NCBI GenBank assembly: GCA_964475905.1
Contig: CAYYXX010000002.1
Span: 1 to 47,533 of the forward strand
Reading direction: 5' to 3'
DNA length: 47,533 nucleotides
DNA from: an uncultured Clostridium sp.
GTDB lineage: Bacteria > Bacillota_I > Bacilli_A > RF39 > UBA660
The translations under genes were made by a program, and so were the position numbers. How positions within the stretch are numbered: position 1 is the stretch's first letter; each line of letters starts with the position of its first letter. Below, in pieces: positions 1-8,095 of the stretch. Under the pieces are notes generated by a model. That model made no database searches and had not been told where the DNA came from. It was given only the letters and a program-made list of their open reading frames with translations.

Positions 1-749
1 TTAATTCTTTTTTGAGCAACATTTTTTATTACTTCAGCATCATCTTCAGTATCTGTTGGTACATATAAAATGTGATGTACATCAATAAGATCTAATCTAG
101 GATATGTTGCATATACAGTATCATTATATTCATACCAAGAAAAGCCTGCGATTTGTTGACTAGTTAATCCTGTTGGTTCATCTGCACTCATAAAGAACGA
201 ACGAAGATTTATGTTTGTATTATTTGCAATTGATTTTAATGTAGTAGAGTATGTATCTAATAAATTGGCTTTTATTTCTTCTTCATTTTCTATATTTATA
301 GTATAATATTTATTTTTGTAATAATAGTGATGTATCATATCTAGATCACTTATTCCAAATTCTGCTTTTTCCTTTTTTTCTTCAGTAATTATTTCATTAA
401 TTTTTTTATCTAATTCCTCGTCATATACATATTTAATCTCTACAGTACGGGTTTCTTCGTTTGGCTCTTCAGGATTAAGTATCAAATCAATTGTTTTAAA
501 GTCTTTAGAATAATTTTCGCCAAATGTTATACTGTCGTTTATTGCAACTTCTATCAAGGAAATTGTTAGTTTAAACCTAAAGTCTAGATCATTTTTAGGA
601 AATGATGCTTTGATTTCGAGTTTTCCCTCTTCATTTAAGTATTTTGCAAACTTATCTACTTTTTCTTCTGCTATAACATTATTTGGAATTAATAGTATTG
701 ATACTATAGTAACCAAAAATACCCCTAAAATATTTTTTATCTTTTTCAT
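1..749 (-). CDS. Secreted protein of unknown function (C-terminal part lies outside the window)
   Basis: Missing from the supplied ORF track because it runs off the left edge. ATG at 749-747 has GAGGAGG a few nt upstream. I checked the frame triplet by triplet for nt 3-240 and translated the rest by hand without meeting a stop. The N-terminus MKKIKNILGVFLVTIVSILLIPNNVIAEEKVDK has a basic n-region, a hydrophobic core and a VIA/EE cleavage-like site. Confidence 0.6.
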   Translation of the reverse strand, partial: MKKIKNILGVFLVTIVSILLIPNNVIAEEKVDKFAKYLNEEGKLEIKASFPKNDLDFRFKLTISLIEVAINDSITFGENYSKDFKTIDLILNPEEPNEETRTVEIKYVYDEELDKKINEIITEEKKEKAEFGISDLDMIHHYYYKNKYYTINIENEEEIKANLLDTYSTTLKSIANNTNINLRSFFMSADEPTGLTSQQIAGFSWYEYNDTVYATYPRLDLIDVHHILYVPTDTEDDAEVIKNVAQKRI

Positions 750-1140
750 ATATCCTCCTCTAGTATAAGTATAGCATATAATTTAATATTTTGTTTACAT
801 TTTTTGATAATTATTTTAATATTTTTATATTTTAATATTTTAAGTGGTTAATTATTTGTTATAAGATTGATTGTATTACTTAAAAAGTGGGATTGTTCTA
901 GATTTGTTATAAATTGGAAATTTTTTCCAGTTTTGGTGTGTTTTTAATTTTAAATTATTGTTAATTATGTTATTATATTAGTGGGTTGGTGGATATTTGC
1001 TGATTATGAAGAAGATGGTGATGTTATAATGATGTTGGTGTAGTATCTGTTTATGGGGTTAAGAATAGAATGGATATAATTTATTATATTTTATTGTGGT
1101 TTGGCTGTGTTTTATGATAAATAAATGGGAAGTGAGCGTT

Positions 1141-1902
1141 ATGGAAGATATTATTAGTAGATTTAATGAGGATGAAGATAATTTTGCGTATGATTTGGTG
1201 CAAGAGATAAGAATGAATAAGGGGATTGTTAATGATGTTTTGTTAAATGAGGTTAAGTGTATTAGTTCTAAATTAGATGATCCTGAATATGAGGTTCCTA
1301 TTAGTTTTTATTATTCTGTATTTTTGTTAGCAGAGTTTCGTGATAAAAGATTAATGGATTTGTTGATTGAGCTTTTTAGTAGGTATGATGTTGATTATTT
1401 TGATTGTCTAGGTGGTAATATTTTAGATTGTTTGTCTAGAATTGTTAATAGTGTTTTTGATGGTGATTTTGATAGGATTGATAATATTATTATAGATAAA
1501 AATATTGATTGTTTTGTTAGAGGAAAGTTACTTAAGTGTTATATTTATTTTTATGATCAAAAAATGATTAGTAAGGAGTATTTGATTGGTTATTTGAGGG
1601 GGTTAATTGATTTTTTTATTGGGGAACATAGTGATATATATAATTTTATTATGGATGTTGTTATTTATACGCATTTGGTTGAAATGGCTGATGATTTTAA
1701 GAAATTATATGAGCTTGATTATATTGATTATAATATATTAGGTGGATATGATAGATTTGTTGATTATGTTTTTGGTGATAATACTACTGATGAATCAGGT
1801 GTTGTTGAGCTTGTTGAGAATGAGATGTCTTGGTGGTGGTGTTTTAATAAAAGTAAGTATAATTATAGTAATGTTGGTTTTGAAAAGGATAGTGAAAAAT
1901 AG
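1141..1902 (+). CDS. Hypothetical cytoplasmic protein (no family recognised with confidence)
   Basis: Track ORF 1096-1902. I prefer Met16 (ATG 1141), which is preceded by GGGAAGTGAG. Codon style matches the other + strand genes. A hairpin terminator follows. Confidence 0.5.
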   Translation: MEDIISRFNEDEDNFAYDLVQEIRMNKGIVNDVLLNEVKCISSKLDDPEYEVPISFYYSVFLLAEFRDKRLMDLLIELFSRYDVDYFDCLGGNILDCLSRIVNSVFDGDFDRIDNIIIDKNIDCFVRGKLLKCYIYFYDQKMISKEYLIGYLRGLIDFFIGEHSDIYNFIMDVVIYTHLVEMADDFKKLYELDYIDYNILGGYDRFVDYVFGDNTTDESGVVELVENEMSWWWCFNKSKYNYSNVGFEKDSEK

Positions 1903-1914
1903 TTTGTATTATAA

Positions 1915-1948
1915 AAAAGAAGTAAAAATGTTTGTTTTTACTTCTTTT
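1915..1948. terminator. Bidirectional rho-independent terminator between convergent genes
   Basis: Perfect 14-bp stem AAAAGAAGTAAAAA / TTTTTACTTCTTTT with a 6-nt loop, flanked by A and T runs. Confidence 0.7.
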
Positions 1949-1958
1949 TGGTTATGTT

Positions 1959-2432
1959 TTAAATTTCTTTTTCTTTTGTTACATCTACCCATGATATATA
2001 ATTTGTTACTTTTTCTAGTTCTTCTATGGATATTTCAATAGCGTTATTAGTAGCTCCACAGGCAGGAAATACAGTTTTGAATTTTTTTAGGGATTCATCT
2101 AAATATACTTCAACACCTTCGTTTAGGGCAAATGGGCAGACACCTCCTACTGGGTGGCCTATTTTTTCTTCTACTTCATCAAAAGCTACCATGTGGGCTT
2201 TTTCATTGAATGTGTGTCTGTATTTGGTGTTATCTATTTTTACATCTCCTTTGGTTACTATAACTATGTATTTGTCTTTTAATTTGAATGATAGCGTTTT
2301 AGCTATTCTTGCTTCTTCTGTACCTAAGGCTTCAGCGGCTTCTTTTACAGTAGCACTGGTGGTAGGTACTGTTATTATTCTATTATCCATATTGTATTTT
2401 TTTAAGTATTCTTGTACTTTTGTTGTAGACAT
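1959..2432 (-). CDS. YbaK/EbsC-family aminoacyl-tRNA deacylase (trans-editing domain protein)
   Basis: 157 aa. The pattern ...AKTLSFKLKDKYIVIVTKGDVKID...GHPVGGVCPFAL... is typical of the YbaK/ProX editing fold. SD AGGAAG lies upstream of ATG 2432. Confidence 0.8.
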   Translation of the reverse strand: MSTTKVQEYLKKYNMDNRIITVPTTSATVKEAAEALGTEEARIAKTLSFKLKDKYIVIVTKGDVKIDNTKYRHTFNEKAHMVAFDEVEEKIGHPVGGVCPFALNEGVEVYLDESLKKFKTVFPACGATNNAIEISIEELEKVTNYISWVDVTKEKEI

Positions 2433-2614
2433 TTTTATTACTTCCTTTCTTGAATTATTATATCATATGTTATGGTTTATCTGCAACTTAAAATTAATGG
2501 TTTTGAGACATTTTTGCTAGTTAATACTTATAGATTAATTATATAATTTTATTAATTTTGGTATTACATTTTGTTTTAAAAATATGGTAAAATTATATTA
2601 GAAATGAGGTAATT

Positions 2615-3103
2615 ATGTTTAATATTGGTGATTATGTTGTGTATAAGAAAGAGGTATGTAGGATTCTTGATTATAGGGAAAAGCTTATTGGTGAAAAGGA
2701 TTATTATTCTTTGATTCCGGTTATGGATACTTCTCTTAAAATTGATGTTCCTGTTGATAGTGGTTTTATTAGAAGTGTTATTGATGCTGATACGGTTAAT
2801 GGTATTATTGATAATATTGTTAATATTTCTCCTATTGAGTCTGATGATAGAATGATTGAAAATATATATAAGGATTTGCTTCATGAGGGTAGTTATGAGA
2901 GTTTAATTAGGATTATTAAGACTACTTATTTGAGAAATAATGAGAGGATTAATAATAAGAGGAAGATTAGTGAAAAGGATAATAATTATTTTAATTTGGC
3001 TGAGAAGTATTTATATAGTGAATTTGCTATTGCTCTTGGTATGGATTATGATGGTGTTAAAAGTTATATTATTGATAGAATTGATAATAAAAGTAACAAG
3101 TGA
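2615..3103 (+). CDS. CarD/CdnL-family transcription regulator
   Basis: 162 aa. The N-terminus MFNIGDYVVYKKEVCRILDY matches the CarD_CdnL_TRCF N-terminal motif (FxxGDxVVY). The size is typical for the family. Confidence 0.8.
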   Translation: MFNIGDYVVYKKEVCRILDYREKLIGEKDYYSLIPVMDTSLKIDVPVDSGFIRSVIDADTVNGIIDNIVNISPIESDDRMIENIYKDLLHEGSYESLIRIIKTTYLRNNERINNKRKISEKDNNYFNLAEKYLYSEFAIALGMDYDGVKSYIIDRIDNKSNK

Positions 3104-3118
3104 TGGGACTTGTTACTT
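3091..3118. terminator. Bidirectional terminator hairpin (carD-like gene / permease gene)
   Basis: Perfect 10-bp stem AAGTAACAAG / CTTGTTACTT with an 8-nt loop that contains the carD-like TGA stop. Confidence 0.65.
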
Positions 3119-3958
3119 TATTAGTGTTAGTAGTTCTATTATTATTCCTGATATTACTCCTAATACATAGAGTATGGCGATTATTGATAAGTTTTCTTTT
3201 TTATTTTTGTTATTTTTTATTAGGACTAATAGTGAAGATCCACTGCTTGTTAGGAGTCCTCCTATTAGGGAGGCTAGTGTGATAGTATTGTTTAGATATA
3301 ATTCTGTTATTATTACACTGGATCCACAATTTGGTATTAGGCCTATTAGGCTTGTTATGAATGGTGATAGTAGTTTGTTTGTTAATAATGTTTTTGATAT
3401 AAAGCTATCTCCTAGTAAAGTGAATATTATATTTAGTATTAGGGTTATTATGAATATAAAAAGAGTTATATTAATGGTATGTTTTATTGATGATAATATG
3501 ATGTTGTGGCTGCAGTTGCAGTGTTCTTCATCACATATTTGGTAGTTTTCTTTTTTTATTTCCTTTCTTTTTACTAATATTTTATCTATTATTAATCCGT
3601 ATATTATTCCGAAGAATATTTTTATTAGGAGTATTTTTATTATTAGGGATATTGGTGCTTTTTCAGATATCATTATAATAAGCATTTCATCACTAGTAGA
3701 TAAGTATATGGATATTAGTGTTCCTAATGTTATTATTCTTGTTATATATAGATTGGTGGCCATTACTGAAAATCCACATTGTGGTATTATGCCTAATAGG
3801 GCTCCTATTAGGGGGCCTACTTTATTGGCTTTTGTTATTATGTTTTTGGTCTTTTTTTGTAGTTTGTGTTCTAATAGTTCTATTATAATGAATGTTATTA
3901 GTAAAAAGGGTATTAGTTTTATTGAATCTAATATTGTATCTATTATTATTTCTTTCAT
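3113..3958 (-). CDS. Polytopic membrane permease, ArsP_2-like (putative 10-TM metal exporter family)
   Basis: Track ORF 3113-4006 begins with TTG directly abutting the upstream stop codon. The first ATG (Met17, 3958) has AAGGA upstream. The protein is very hydrophobic and has two copies of the signature IPQCGFSV / IPNCGSSV. Confidence 0.65.
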   Translation of the reverse strand: MKEIIIDTILDSIKLIPFLLITFIIIELLEHKLQKKTKNIITKANKVGPLIGALLGIIPQCGFSVMATNLYITRIITLGTLISIYLSTSDEMLIIMISEKAPISLIIKILLIKIFFGIIYGLIIDKILVKRKEIKKENYQICDEEHCNCSHNIILSSIKHTINITLFIFIITLILNIIFTLLGDSFISKTLLTNKLLSPFITSLIGLIPNCGSSVIITELYLNNTITLASLIGGLLTSSGSSLLVLIKNNKNKKENLSIIAILYVLGVISGIIIELLTLIK

Positions 3959-4006
3959 ATCATCATCCTTCTTCTTTATTATAGCATTAATATTTTTATT
4001 GTACAA

Positions 4007-4936
4007 TTATACTTTATATTTTTTTAATTCTTTTATTGGGGATTTTTGCATATTTTTTATTTCTTCTTCTTTTAAATATTCTGATAAGTAGTTTAGAGCA
4101 ATATTTTTGATGATTGTTTCTTCGTTTATTACTAGGCCTTCATTGGCAAGGCTTTTTTGGAGTGTTTTTATTTCTTCTTTTTTGACTGTTTTAGCTTTTT
4201 TTATTATTTCTTGTATTTGGGTGGTTATGATGGTTAGGTATTCATCATAATTTATTTGTTGGTTATATATGGTTTCTTCTTTTATAAATTGATTTTTGAT
4301 GTAGTTATATATTTCATTATATATTATACTTCTATTTGCTATTTTTTTTGGTGGACTTATGTCTTTCTTGGTATCTATGTATGGTAATGGATCTAGATCT
4401 TCAAAGTCAATATTTATTTTTACTGATTGGTATTCTTTTATGCAATCTAAGTTAAATAGTAGTAGGGTATTTATGCTATATGTATCGAATACTTGTGATT
4501 TGCCTTCTAGATATATTTGGTTATAGTTTATGTATATTCCATCATATTTTTGGGATAATTCTTCGTAGTTAAATATGGTTGTTTGACGAGTTATTTTTGT
4601 ATAATGATTTAGGGTGTGATGATGTGATGGGTATGTGTCTGCTAGGGATAGTATATCATTTATATTGTTTATGGTGATGATATTTGCATTTTCTTTTAAT
4701 GTAAATATTGCTCCTTTGTTTAAGGCTTTATATTCTGATAAATATCTTGCTATTGATTTTGCTTCTACTAAATAGTCGAGCCATGGACATATTCTTTCAA
4801 ATGGTGAGTTGTATTCTGAGGCCCATAGACCGCCGGTTGGTTTGAAATCATAGTTATCTAATGGTCTTAAGATGTTTCTGAATATATCTTTTGTTATTAT
4901 TTCTGTTCCTATAGTTATATATTTTTTATTATTCAT
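4007..4936 (-). CDS. Hypothetical protein (N-terminal globular domain with KPTGGLWAS...CPWLDYL, C-terminal K/E-rich helical region)
   Basis: 309-aa ORF with SD AAAGGAGA upstream and its own near-consensus promoter. It is translationally abutted to the permease gene. Confidence 0.6.
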   Translation of the reverse strand: MNNKKYITIGTEIITKDIFRNILRPLDNYDFKPTGGLWASEYNSPFERICPWLDYLVEAKSIARYLSEYKALNKGAIFTLKENANIITINNINDILSLADTYPSHHHTLNHYTKITRQTTIFNYEELSQKYDGIYINYNQIYLEGKSQVFDTYSINTLLLFNLDCIKEYQSVKINIDFEDLDPLPYIDTKKDISPPKKIANRSIIYNEIYNYIKNQFIKEETIYNQQINYDEYLTIITTQIQEIIKKAKTVKKEEIKTLQKSLANEGLVINEETIIKNIALNYLSEYLKEEEIKNMQKSPIKELKKYKV

Positions 4937-4963
4937 GTTCTATCTCCTTTTTTTTGGTATTAT

Positions 4964-4992
4964 ATCATACTTTATATTTTGTGCTTTGTCAA
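4964..4992 (-). promoter_or_regulatory. Sigma-A-type promoter for the 4936-3113 operon
   Basis: On the - strand: TTGACA, 17-nt spacer, TATGAT. It lies about 28 nt upstream of ATG 4936. Confidence 0.5.
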
Positions 4993-5066
4993 TTGTATTT
5001 GTAATAATTGTGTTGTTATAGAAATATATTTATGTGTAGAAAAATTGGAAAAGTGTGAAAAAGTGC

Positions 5067-5095
5067 TTTACTTATTTTGGTAAAATTGCTATAAT
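5067..5095 (+). promoter_or_regulatory. Sigma-A-type promoter of the rpsF-ssb-rpsR operon
   Basis: TTTACT, 17-nt spacer, TATAAT, with an extended -10 TGc (5087-5095). Confidence 0.5.
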
Positions 5096-5111
5096 ACTTG
5101 TGAGCGAAGAG

Positions 5112-5148
5112 CTCCTTGCCTAGTGATAGGCCGTTAGACCAAAAGGAG
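5112..5148 (+). promoter_or_regulatory. Structured rpsF 5' leader (SD-sequestering helix; possible S6:S18-binding leader)
   Basis: CTCCTT (5112-5117) is perfectly complementary to the SD AAGGAG (5143-5148). The enclosed region holds the hairpin CCTA-GTGA-TAGG (GNRA-type loop) followed by CCG. Confidence 0.4.
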
Positions 5149-5159
5149 GTGTAATAGTT

Positions 5160-5447
5160 ATGAATTATGAAATTATGTTTATTGTAAGACCAGATGTTGA
5201 TGATAATACTGTTAAAAGTACTGTTAAGTCTTTAGAAAAAATTTTAACGGATTATAAAGCTAAGATTACTTTATCTAAAGAATTAGGTCAAAAAGAATTT
5301 GCTTATGAAATTAAAAAGTTTAAGTCAGGTTATTATTTTTTGTATAATATAGAGGCATCTGATGATTCTGCTATTAAAGAGTTTGATAGGGTAGCTAGAA
5401 TTGATGAAAATATTATAAGACATCTTATTATTAATTTAGATAAATAA
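5160..5447 (+). CDS. rpsF: 30S ribosomal protein S6
   Basis: 95 aa, MNYEIMFIVRPDVDD..., in the classic rpsF-ssb-rpsR context. Confidence 0.95.
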   Translation: MNYEIMFIVRPDVDDNTVKSTVKSLEKILTDYKAKITLSKELGQKEFAYEIKKFKSGYYFLYNIEASDDSAIKEFDRVARIDENIIRHLIINLDK

Positions 5448-5457
5448 GGAGAAAAAT

Positions 5458-5940
5458 ATGAATAAAGCAATATTAATTGGAAGATTGACTAGGGATCCTG
5501 AACTTAGAGCTACTACTAGTGGTAGAAGTGTTTGTCAATTCTCTATAGCGGTAAATAGAACATTTACTAATGCTAATGGTGAAAGAGAAGCTGATTTTAT
5601 TAATTGCGTAGTTTGGGATAAACAAGCGGAGAATCTTGCTAAATATCAGAAAAAGGGTAATCAAATAGCGGTAGATGGTAGGATTCAAACAAGAAATTAT
5701 GATGATAAAGATGGTAAGAGAGTTTATGTTACTGAGGTTCTTGTTAATAGTGTTAGTTTCTTAGATTCTAAGGGGACTAGTTTGGGTAATGGTAATTTTA
5801 ATAGTTTACCTGAGCCTCCTATGGAAAGAGCTGATATGAGTTCTTCTAGTTCTAATGTAGAGACTGTATCTGTTGAGAAAGATCTTTTTGAGGCGTTTGG
5901 GGATTCTATTGAAGTTAGCGATAATGACTTACCATTCTAA
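5458..5940 (+). CDS. ssb: Single-stranded DNA-binding protein
   Basis: OB-fold N-terminus MNKAILIGRLTRDPELR, a Gly/Ser-rich linker and an acidic C-terminal tip ...DNDLPF. Confidence 0.95.
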   Translation: MNKAILIGRLTRDPELRATTSGRSVCQFSIAVNRTFTNANGEREADFINCVVWDKQAENLAKYQKKGNQIAVDGRIQTRNYDDKDGKRVYVTEVLVNSVSFLDSKGTSLGNGNFNSLPEPPMERADMSSSSSNVETVSVEKDLFEAFGDSIEVSDNDLPF

Positions 5941-5957
5941 AAAGAAGGAGGAAAACA

Positions 5958-6173
5958 ATGGCTGAATTTCGTAAGAAAAGAAAGAAAATATGTCATATGT
6001 GTGCTGGAAAACCTGTTAATTATAAAGATGTAGCAATTATATCTAAATATATTAATGATAATGGTAAGATTTTACCTAGAAGATTTACAGGTACTTGTGC
6101 TAAACATCAAAGACATGTTGCTCAGGAAGTTAAGAGAGCAAGATTCATGGGATTTGTTCCATTTTGTAAATAA
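5958..6173 (+). CDS. rpsR: 30S ribosomal protein S18
   Basis: 71 aa, with ...VNYKDVAIISKYINDNGKILPRRFTGTCAKHQR.... Confidence 0.95.
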   Translation: MAEFRKKRKKICHMCAGKPVNYKDVAIISKYINDNGKILPRRFTGTCAKHQRHVAQEVKRARFMGFVPFCK

Positions 6174-6176
6174 TAG

Positions 6177-6202
6177 TATAGCTAATTTGGCTATATTTTT
6201 TT
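6177..6202 (+). terminator. Rho-independent terminator after rpsR
   Basis: Stem TATAGC / GCTATA with a 7-nt loop, followed by a T7 run. Confidence 0.55.
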
Positions 6203-6275
6203 ATTAAATAGATTAATAAGTTAATGACTTTTTGTTAGAAATTTGATACAATAGATAAGTAGAGGTGGGATATGT

Positions 6276-6719
6276 ATGAAGGTTATTTTTATTAAGGATT
6301 TGAAAAAGCAAGGTAAAAGAAATGAAATTAAAGAAGTAAGTGATGGTTATGCTATTAATTATTTAATTAAGAATGGTTATGCTGTTAAATATACTAAATC
6401 TAGTGGTGATAGATTAGAGGTACAACTTAATGATGATAAAATTAATGAGGAAAATAATATTAAGAGTGCTAATGTGATTAAAGATAAATTAGAGAAAGAA
6501 AGAATTGTCTTTGAGGTTAAGACTGGAAATGATGGTAGGATGTTTGGGTCTATTTCTAGTAAACAAATTTGTGATAAGCTTAATGATATGGGTTATGATA
6601 TTGATAAGAAGAAAATTGTTGTTGGGGAGGCTTTGTCTTCTTTAGGAACTTTTTATGTGGATATCTTGTTATATAAGGGTGTTGTTGCTAAGATTGGAAT
6701 TGAAATTAAGAAAAAGTAG
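6276..6719 (+). CDS. rplI: 50S ribosomal protein L9
   Basis: 147 aa, MKVIFIKDLKKQGKRNEIKEVSDGYAINYL.... Confidence 0.95.
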   Translation: MKVIFIKDLKKQGKRNEIKEVSDGYAINYLIKNGYAVKYTKSSGDRLEVQLNDDKINEENNIKSANVIKDKLEKERIVFEVKTGNDGRMFGSISSKQICDKLNDMGYDIDKKKIVVGEALSSLGTFYVDILLYKGVVAKIGIEIKKK

Positions 6720-6726
6720 GTGAATT

Positions 6727-8088
6727 ATGAATAAGAAATTACCTAATAATGGTGAAATGCCTAAGAATATTGAAGCTGAAAAATGTTTACTTGGGTCAAT
6801 GTTTTGGTCTAGAGATGCTCTTCAAAAAGGATGTGAAGAGTGTGATAAGGATATGTTTTCTTTGATTAGTCATGGGAAGATATTTGAGGTTATTAAGTCT
6901 TTGTATTTGAATAATACTCCTGTTGATATTACTTCTGTTACTGCTTCTTTGGTTAATAGTCAGAGTATTGGTGAAGTAGGTGGAGTTGAATATTTGAATG
7001 AGGTGGTTAATTCTGTTGCTACTGGAGCTAATATTGATTATTATATTGGTTTAGTTAGTGAGAAGTATACTTTGCGTAAGATGATTGAAGTTGCTACTAA
7101 TATTGTTTGGAAAGCTAAAGATGCTAATGTTAATGTTTTTGATACTATTGATGAGGCGGAGAGGGATATTCTTAATATTTCAAAATTTAGGAAAACGAGT
7201 GAATTTAGGAAAGTACAGGATGTTCTTAGTAAGGCTCAAAGTGATTTAGAAGCTTTGTCTAAAAATGGTGGTAAGATTAAGGGACTTACTACTGGTTTTG
7301 GAGAACTTGATTCTTTGACTGAGGGGCTTCATCCTACACAGCTTATTATTATTGCTGCTAGGCCTGCTGTTGGTAAAACGGCTTTTGCTCTTAATTTGGC
7401 TTTGGCGGCGGCTAAAAGTACGAAAAAGAATATTGCTATTTTTTCTTTGGAGATGCCTGCGGAGCAACTTATTATGAGAATGATTAGTTCGCTTGGTCAG
7501 ATTGATAATAAAAAGCTTACTACGGGTAAGCTTGAAAATGATGATTGGAAGAGATTTAATGAAGCGATAAGTATTCTTGCGGATACTAATATTTATTTTC
7601 ATGATGCTGGGGGTGTTACTCCATCTGAGATTAAGGCTAAGTGTAGAAGATTGGCTACTCAGGGTGAGGGGCTTGGTCTTGTTATTATTGATTATTTGCA
7701 ACTTATTGATTCTTCTTCTAAATATTCTGGTTCTAGACAGCAGGAGGTATCTGAAATATCTAGATCACTTAAAACTATGGCTTTAGAGCTTGAGGTTCCT
7801 GTTATTGCTTTGTCGCAGTTATCTAGAAGTGTGGAAAAAAGAGAAGATAAGAAGCCTGTTCTTAGTGATTTAAGGGAATCTGGGTCTATTGAGCAGGATG
7901 CTGATATTGTAGCAGCTCTTCATGCTCCTGATGCGGAGGTTTCTACTGGTAATGAGATTGTTAATGCTATTCAGCTTATTATTCTTAAACATAGAAATGG
8001 ACCTATTAAGACGATTGATTTGCAATTTAAGAAAAGGACTTCGACTTTTTTACCTATTAGTAGGGATGGTGGTAATAGTGGTAAATAG
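6727..8088 (+). CDS. dnaB: Replicative DNA helicase (DnaB family)
   Basis: 453 aa. N-terminal NIEAEKCLLGSM motif, Walker A ARPAVGKT, and ...LSQLSR...DLRESGSIEQDAD.... Confidence 0.95.
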   Translation: MNKKLPNNGEMPKNIEAEKCLLGSMFWSRDALQKGCEECDKDMFSLISHGKIFEVIKSLYLNNTPVDITSVTASLVNSQSIGEVGGVEYLNEVVNSVATGANIDYYIGLVSEKYTLRKMIEVATNIVWKAKDANVNVFDTIDEAERDILNISKFRKTSEFRKVQDVLSKAQSDLEALSKNGGKIKGLTTGFGELDSLTEGLHPTQLIIIAARPAVGKTAFALNLALAAAKSTKKNIAIFSLEMPAEQLIMRMISSLGQIDNKKLTTGKLENDDWKRFNEAISILADTNIYFHDAGGVTPSEIKAKCRRLATQGEGLGLVIIDYLQLIDSSSKYSGSRQQEVSEISRSLKTMALELEVPVIALSQLSRSVEKREDKKPVLSDLRESGSIEQDADIVAALHAPDAEVSTGNEIVNAIQLIILKHRNGPIKTIDLQFKKRTSTFLPISRDGGNSGK

Positions 8089-8095
8089 TAATAGA

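Noticed and set aside
7922-8095. N-terminal extensions of track ORFs. Examples are 7922-8095 overlapping dnaB, 1096-1140, 12045-12080, 32991-33110 and 45483-45515.
   Set aside because: The extensions overlap upstream genes or promoter sequence and encode L/F/V-rich junk. Internal ATGs with proper Shine-Dalgarno sequences reproduce the conserved family N-termini.
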